This document shows, in pieces, positions 57,974 through 63,050 of a DNA stretch of 63,050 nt (position 1 is its first letter; every line of letters begins with the position of its first letter). Made by a program: the position numbers and the translations under genes. Below the pieces are notes generated by a model. It worked only from the letters and a program-made list of their open reading frames with translations, made no database searches and had not been told where the DNA came from. Source of the stretch: an uncultured virus (IMG/VR IMGVR_UViG_3300028048_001604) (lineage: Duplodnaviria > Heunggongvirae > Uroviricota > Caudoviricetes); the IMG/VR virus record IMGVR_UViG_3300028048_001604; one strand, given 5' to 3'.

Positions 57974-58512
57974 ATCTTTCCTTTCTTAAATAACTGCTCT
58001 GGAGTGAAACTACCCATCTTATTGAGGACTGCTAAAGTCATCTCACAATCATCTAATGCTCTATGGGCATTTTCTTTCGCTACACCGTAATAGTTTGCAA
58101 CTGCTTGCAAACTATGAGATGGTTCATCTTTTAGAACTGACCGTGCCAAAGATAATGTGTCTACCCCATATCTTGTACCGCCTAGGCTGAAGTCTACACC
58201 TAACTCTTTACCCTTTTCCTGCAAAAAAGACATATCGAACTTGATATTGTGTCCTACAACTGGATACCCACGCATCATTTTATATAAATGAAGTAATGGC
58301 TCCTCAATAGTAGGCATATCTTTTACCATATTGTCAGTTATCCTTGTTAAAGATTGTATATTTACAGGAATTGAACGACATGGGTTGATTAACTGAGAGT
58401 ATCTCTCAACTATTACCCCATTGTTGACACTTATTGCACCAATCTCTATAATACTATCAGAAACAGGACTAAAGCCTGTTGTCTCTAAATCTACTACCGT
58501 GAATAATTTCAT
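57970..58512 (-). CDS. DEDDh 3'-5' exonuclease (DnaQ/PolC proofreading-like)
   Basis: VVDLETTG, GHNIKFD, DTL, AHRALDD. Confidence 0.92.
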   Translation of the reverse strand: MKLFTVVDLETTGFSPVSDSIIEIGAISVNNGVIVERYSQLINPCRSIPVNIQSLTRITDNMVKDMPTIEEPLLHLYKMMRGYPVVGHNIKFDMSFLQEKGKELGVDFSLGGTRYGVDTLSLARSVLKDEPSHSLQAVANYYGVAKENAHRALDDCEMTLAVLNKMGSFTPEQLFKKGKI

Positions 58513-58988
58513 TAAGTAACCTCTCTTAATACTTTATCTTCTAATAGTGTAAAGGCATTAGTTTCGCTCAAGGCAAGTTTCAACTTACCCTGAGCGTCTA
58601 GCTTTGGTATGTTATTTTTATATGTCTGAATACCATGTGGGCGATATGTTTCCGTACCGTTATATTCTACCGTTAGTATTCCTGTCTTAGTATTATAGTT
58701 AACATGAATAATTACATACCCTGTATTGTTTAAGTAAAGACTAAATGCGTAAGTATCCTTATCATAATGTATGTCGCACATAGTAATGCAGTAATAATTA
58801 TGAAATGTTGGAGCATTTTTTGTGTCTGTGATAGGTTTATCTAAAACCATATAAAAAACAATATCTAGAGTACGTCTATTATATACATAGTAGGCAGTAT
58901 CAGTCTTGTAAATACTAAACAATTCATTCGGATATTCATCACTGTCATATATTGTGCAGTTTTTTAAGTTCACATACAAAGTACACAT
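58512..58988 (-). CDS. Hypothetical protein
   Basis: 158 aa, beta-rich. Confidence 0.7.
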   Translation of the reverse strand: MCTLYVNLKNCTIYDSDEYPNELFSIYKTDTAYYVYNRRTLDIVFYMVLDKPITDTKNAPTFHNYYCITMCDIHYDKDTYAFSLYLNNTGYVIIHVNYNTKTGILTVEYNGTETYRPHGIQTYKNNIPKLDAQGKLKLALSETNAFTLLEDKVLREVT

Positions 58989-58993
58989 ATGCT

Positions 58994-59569
58994 TTACCTA
59001 CCCATTTGAGATAGCTTAATCTTTAAAGCCGTCTTGCTACCAAACAACTCCTGAGGAGAAATACTATCTTCAAACTCAAAGTCATCTCCATATATCTTGA
59101 GAGTTTTATTGACTATATCGTTTTTAGTATGAACTCCATCATACTCCTGTGTGACTTCTAATGTATCATGACTGCAGTCATCTACAAGTATGCTTATAGT
59201 ATATGTAACATCAGTACCCTCTATACCTGCACTTGGGAAATCTACCCTATCTAATACACCTAAAGCAAAACCACGATGGTCGTTAACTTCATCTGTGAAA
59301 GGAGTGTACCAATCTCCCTCAGGTTTAAACTGAATCATAGGCATACCCAAAATGAACCAGTCGAACTTTAACTTAAATACTAGAAAGATACACTTATTAC
59401 TGTTATCTATAACTGAGATTGTGTGTACCTTGTCTTCATAGACATCAATAAAGCTGAAACCTAGGGCTGGATACCCACTATCATCTAACATCTGTAATTT
59501 TAGGGAATCGATACTTTCTGAGTCTTCCCAAGAAATCCTATAATCATAAAAACTAAATACTTTACTCAT
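58994..59569 (-). CDS. Hypothetical protein
   Basis: 191 aa, GGAGG RBS. Confidence 0.7.
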   Translation of the reverse strand: MSKVFSFYDYRISWEDSESIDSLKLQMLDDSGYPALGFSFIDVYEDKVHTISVIDNSNKCIFLVFKLKFDWFILGMPMIQFKPEGDWYTPFTDEVNDHRGFALGVLDRVDFPSAGIEGTDVTYTISILVDDCSHDTLEVTQEYDGVHTKNDIVNKTLKIYGDDFEFEDSISPQELFGSKTALKIKLSQMGR

Positions 59570-59686
59570 TTGTTGTCCTCCAAATTCTATCTACCCGTAG
59601 TGGGTAATTTAAGCGTATCATGTACTTTAGGATAGACTGAATCATACCAGTCTGTCCCTGTACAAATACCCCGTTTTCTACAATTA

Positions 59687-61981
59687 TTAAATGTCTACAT
59701 CAACAACTTCTGTATCGTCACCAATATCCTCACTATCAATAGATTCAAGGATAAGAGCATTTTCTTCCATCATATCTGCTACTTCTTTACCAAGTACTGC
59801 GGTAAGAATACCCTTTCTCTGCTTATACTTATCTGCACCAAACAGTGCGTCAATAAATTCACACTCAGTCTCATTCGAGAAGTCACAATTCAGAGGAATC
59901 AAATTTCTTGTAGCTGGGTTAATAGTCGTTTCAGATAGAATATCAGCATTAACCTCACCAAGTCCCTTAAATCTGGATACCTTCTTTACATTACCCTTAC
60001 GCTTGTTTAGAATCTTATCTCTTTCAGCATCGTTACGTGCATAGAGTACCTCACCACTATGCAAGTCAATCTTGAATCTTGGAGTTTCTCCAATGAATAC
60101 ATGACCTTCTGTGATAAGTCTTGGTGCGAGTTTATAAATGGTTAGAAATAACAGTACCCTAATCTGGTAGCCATCTTCATCTGCATCTGTACCAAAGATG
60201 ATTTTGTTAAACCTAAGTTTACTAATATCAAAATGCGACTCCATACCCTTGATTGAGATGTCAAAGCCTGTACCCAACAGAGCGAATATTTCTCTAATCT
60301 CCTTGTTAGCAAGAATACGGTCATACCCTGCTTTAGCTACATTAAGACCTTTACCTCTAACTGGATAGATGGCTTGAAACGTCTTATCCCTAGCCTTTTT
60401 AATACCGTTCATAGCAGAGTCGCCCTCTACAATCCAAAGTTCAGCCTTATCATAGTGCTTACTTTCGTATGCATCGCAAGATACAAATTTCTCTGGCTCT
60501 TTTTCACGTGTGACCTTTTTAGATTCACGAACAATCTTCTCCTGCATCTTAATGGTCTCACGTACTTCTGCGTTCTGAATAACAGCCTCTACTACATTTA
60601 CAATATCTGGATTACCCTTTGCGTATTCTGTTTCAAGAATCTTTGTAACTGCATTGTAAACCAAAGTATAAATAAATGTATCGTCAATACCGTCTTTAGT
60701 CTGACCTCTAAATGATGCATAGTTAGACTGTGTGCTGACAACTACATCGAAAGAAACTAAATAATCTCTTTCTTCGAGTTTTGAATACCCCTTTGACCTT
60801 GCTTTAGTTTTAAGGAATGTTACAATGGCGTCATTTACACCTGAGTACTGAACACCACTATTCATGTGTACAAAATTGTGATGACAACTAACAATATTTC
60901 TTTCTGCATTTTCCTTTGTAGGTGTGAGAGCAACATCACAATGTGCGACATAAGTAAATGGTTTCTCGTTTACAGTAATATCTCCATGAGAGAAATTTGT
61001 AGACGTAAGAACGTGTCTATCTGAGCTAAAAAGCTCTGAAATACTGCCTGCAGTATAAATCTCGTCTTTACCCGTGTTATCGTCAACGAAATGTAATTCA
61101 ATATTGGCTACCTTTGCGATGTCTTTACATACCCCAATAAGCCAATCACCACCAATATTTACGTCTGAGAATACAAGAGAATCTGGTTTCCAATAGATAA
61201 AAGTACCATTAGGCTCGTCTGTATCCTTGATTTCTTCGGGAATAGCCTTAATCTGCTCAGTTGTGAGGGCTTTATCGAACATATCAAATTTTTCGCCGTT
61301 AACCAAAGGATACCCGTTCTTGAATGAACGAGATGTGACTTTACCATCTCTATAAGACTTAACAGTAAAAAATTCAGATGTGTACTGAGTTGATGCTGCT
61401 CCAAGACCATTAAGACCAACTGATGCCAGATAATTGAGTCTTCTGTTTAAGAACTCCCAAGTAACGGTATCCCAAGTCTGATTGTTTACCCTGAGTACGA
61501 CATCAGTACCATCGATTTTTACATCAATATCGGCATAGGAATGAGATTCTCCGTCTTTAGGAATGTCTGCAATCGGAGTTACATTAGATTCAAAACCCTT
61601 TACGAAATCTATATCGTTCATGCTAAATCTAGCATAGTTTCCGATACCCCTCAAGTACCACTGACCATTATCGTACTTACCACCACCATAAAGTTCATTA
61701 TAGATGATGTGCCAGTTCCAAGTCATATTCTTTTCATTCCAACCAAGTGGTACACCTCTACCATAATCTCGTACAGAAACTGCACCATTCTTGTAGTAAT
61801 GAACCTCAAGTTTGTCACCATAGCCTGCTGACTTTTCATCTAAAGCATTACCATAAATTTCTGTAAAACCGTGTCTTGCACCATCAAGTCCTGAACTACC
61901 CAACATGGATGCTGCACGTTTACGAACTCTTCTAGCACCACTAAGCAAATCGATACTATCATCGTTGTACTGTTTAGCCAT
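59687..61981 (-). CDS. gyrB: Type IIA topoisomerase subunit B (GyrB/ParE-like)
   Basis: EIYGNALDE, DYGRGVP, GGKYD...GLNGLG, VEGDSA, PVRGK, TDADEDG, RFKGLGE. Confidence 0.92.
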   Translation of the reverse strand: MAKQYNDDSIDLLSGARRVRKRAASMLGSSGLDGARHGFTEIYGNALDEKSAGYGDKLEVHYYKNGAVSVRDYGRGVPLGWNEKNMTWNWHIIYNELYGGGKYDNGQWYLRGIGNYARFSMNDIDFVKGFESNVTPIADIPKDGESHSYADIDVKIDGTDVVLRVNNQTWDTVTWEFLNRRLNYLASVGLNGLGAASTQYTSEFFTVKSYRDGKVTSRSFKNGYPLVNGEKFDMFDKALTTEQIKAIPEEIKDTDEPNGTFIYWKPDSLVFSDVNIGGDWLIGVCKDIAKVANIELHFVDDNTGKDEIYTAGSISELFSSDRHVLTSTNFSHGDITVNEKPFTYVAHCDVALTPTKENAERNIVSCHHNFVHMNSGVQYSGVNDAIVTFLKTKARSKGYSKLEERDYLVSFDVVVSTQSNYASFRGQTKDGIDDTFIYTLVYNAVTKILETEYAKGNPDIVNVVEAVIQNAEVRETIKMQEKIVRESKKVTREKEPEKFVSCDAYESKHYDKAELWIVEGDSAMNGIKKARDKTFQAIYPVRGKGLNVAKAGYDRILANKEIREIFALLGTGFDISIKGMESHFDISKLRFNKIIFGTDADEDGYQIRVLLFLTIYKLAPRLITEGHVFIGETPRFKIDLHSGEVLYARNDAERDKILNKRKGNVKKVSRFKGLGEVNADILSETTINPATRNLIPLNCDFSNETECEFIDALFGADKYKQRKGILTAVLGKEVADMMEENALILESIDSEDIGDDTEVVDVDI

Positions 61982-62200
61982 TTACCTGTCTCCTCCTAAA
62001 TACTTTCTGGTTTTCAGCAAATACAAGTCTTTAACTACCCAATAGTGTTTGTAGCAACTTTTACAGAATCTCTTTTTGTCAAAAGCCTTATATCTAGCTT
62101 TATTAGTGCTACCCTGACGATAAAGATGACTGTCTGATACAACAATCATATCATCGATTAGAAACTGCTTGCCACAAACGTAGCATTTGCAATACTTCAT
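61982..62200 (-). CDS. Small Zn-finger protein
   Basis: CYVCG...CKSC; AAAGGA RBS. Confidence 0.7.
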   Translation of the reverse strand: MKYCKCYVCGKQFLIDDMIVVSDSHLYRQGSTNKARYKAFDKKRFCKSCYKHYWVVKDLYLLKTRKYLGGDR

Positions 62201-62235
62201 CTCTTGTATTTCCTTTCATTTTAGATTTTAATAGT

Positions 62236-62264
62236 ATTATAGCATATTGACTTTTATTTGTCAA
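62236..62264 (-). promoter_or_regulatory. Sigma-A promoter TTGACA-17-TATAAT with extended TG, for the topoisomerase B operon
   Basis: Minus strand TTGACAaataaaagtcaataTGcTATAAT. Confidence 0.85.
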
Positions 62265-62295
62265 TATTACCTGCTAAAAAATAAACGAGCCTGCC

Positions 62296-63050
62296 TTAAT
62301 GCTTAAGCAAATTGAGTGGACTACTGTTGTTTAATGAACCAATATCCCTTGCAGGTTCATCTGGAATAACAGAAATGGCAAGAGGAACCTCGCAACTTGC
62401 CTCTTGCTCATGAATAGTAGCATTATCCATGATAAATTTACCCGTATCTGTTTCACTTGCATTACAGTCAGTAACAATAATTGTAGGTAGTTTTCGCTGA
62501 CCTCTATATCTTACTAAACCGAATATACTATCAACTTCATTCCTTGTTCGATTACCCATTAACTGTATTACACAAACTTGATTGTTATACAAATCTCTTT
62601 CATTAATGTAAGGTGTGAGGTACTCTGCATCGTCTGGTAATAATCTATTTTGAATTATTCTAATAATTTCATCTACTGTACAATAAGATACTATGGTTAA
62701 GCCTGCTATATACCCTTTCTTTAGGCACTCTACATGGAAGTCCATAAGATTACATCTTCTACCCAAGCTAATTACATATGACTTATCTGGTAGAGTGTCT
62801 GCATTGTACTTTGATACTATATCTTCCATCAAAGACTTAATCTTTTCAAACTGTACTTTCTGCTGACTTGTTAGCTGTTCCTTAACAGACTTCGGTATTA
62901 CATCATCGGAAATAAAAGAATCTCCGTGTGCAGTACCCTTGGTTCTGAGTATTTCGTCTAAGTCTTTGTACTCAACATCCTCATCGTTTAAAAGTAACTT
63001 CTTGCGTATGTTAGCACAATATTCACACTCAACGTACTTACGCTTGTATG
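62296..63050 (-). CDS. Partial ORF starting beyond the window; degenerate DnaC/DnaI-like helicase-loader fold
   Basis: Frame stays open upstream of the track start to the window end (...YVECEYCANIRK...). C-terminal VRYRGQRKLPTIIVTD resembles the DnaC/IstB R..xxLPTIITSN motif; Walker A not recognisable. Confidence 0.45.
   Translation of the reverse strand, partial: YKRKYVECEYCANIRKKLLLNDEDVEYKDLDEILRTKGTAHGDSFISDDVIPKSVKEQLTSQQKVQFEKIKSLMEDIVSKYNADTLPDKSYVISLGRRCNLMDFHVECLKKGYIAGLTIVSYCTVDEIIRIIQNRLLPDDAEYLTPYINERDLYNNQVCVIQLMGNRTRNEVDSIFGLVRYRGQRKLPTIIVTDCNASETDTGKFIMDNATIHEQEASCEVPLAISVIPDEPARDIGSLNNSSPLNLLKH

Noticed and set aside
12780..61419. Short nested minus-strand ORFs (12780, 17345, 17999, 19959, 32836, 43910, 44606, 52964, 60142, 61159)
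   Set aside because: Alternate-frame ORFs inside long conserved genes with no independent support.
61430..61670. Intein or intron in the topoisomerase B insertion
   Set aside because: Frame is continuous and no intein terminal motifs (N-terminal Cys/Ser, C-terminal His-Asn before Cys/Ser/Thr) are evident.
1130..61831. All plus-strand ORFs in the track (e.g. 1130-1465, 9911-10285, 49305-49682, 56220-56582)
   Set aside because: They lie antisense to well-supported minus-strand genes and show no recognisable motifs; shadow ORFs.

Overview
AT-rich, gene-dense segment with essentially all real genes on the minus strand. It has Firmicutes-type RBSs, sigma-A promoters (TTGACA-17-TGnTATAAT) and intrinsic terminators. 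It reads as a large extrachromosomal element of a Clostridia/Lachnospiraceae-like host (jumbo phage or giant plasmid); no virion, conjugation-channel, rRNA or tRNA genes were recognised in this window. It encodes a divergent DNA-metabolism kit: type IIA topoisomerase A and B, DnaB-like helicase, stand-alone primase Zn domain, DnaQ-like exonuclease, RuvC-like nuclease, RNase H, SSB-like protein, ParB-HNH, and an NAD ligase split into two genes about 40 kb apart. It also encodes a cell-envelope kit (class A PBP, L,D-transpeptidase, sortase, signal peptidase I, a 1723-aa surface protein), host-like regulators and motors (CheY, HPr-like, PilT, ClpX), a MoxR-like AAA+/vWA pair and many orphans. Most striking signals: (1) a strongly enriched, strand-polarised GGGTA motif written into codons in all three frames; (2) a surface polyprotein with an internal sortase signal followed by a second signal peptide; (3) a ~413-bp IS200/IS605-like tnpB relic sitting inside the -35 box of the RNase H promoter and regenerating a promoter at both junctions; (4) the split ligase. 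All family calls come from motif recognition by eye, not database searches.
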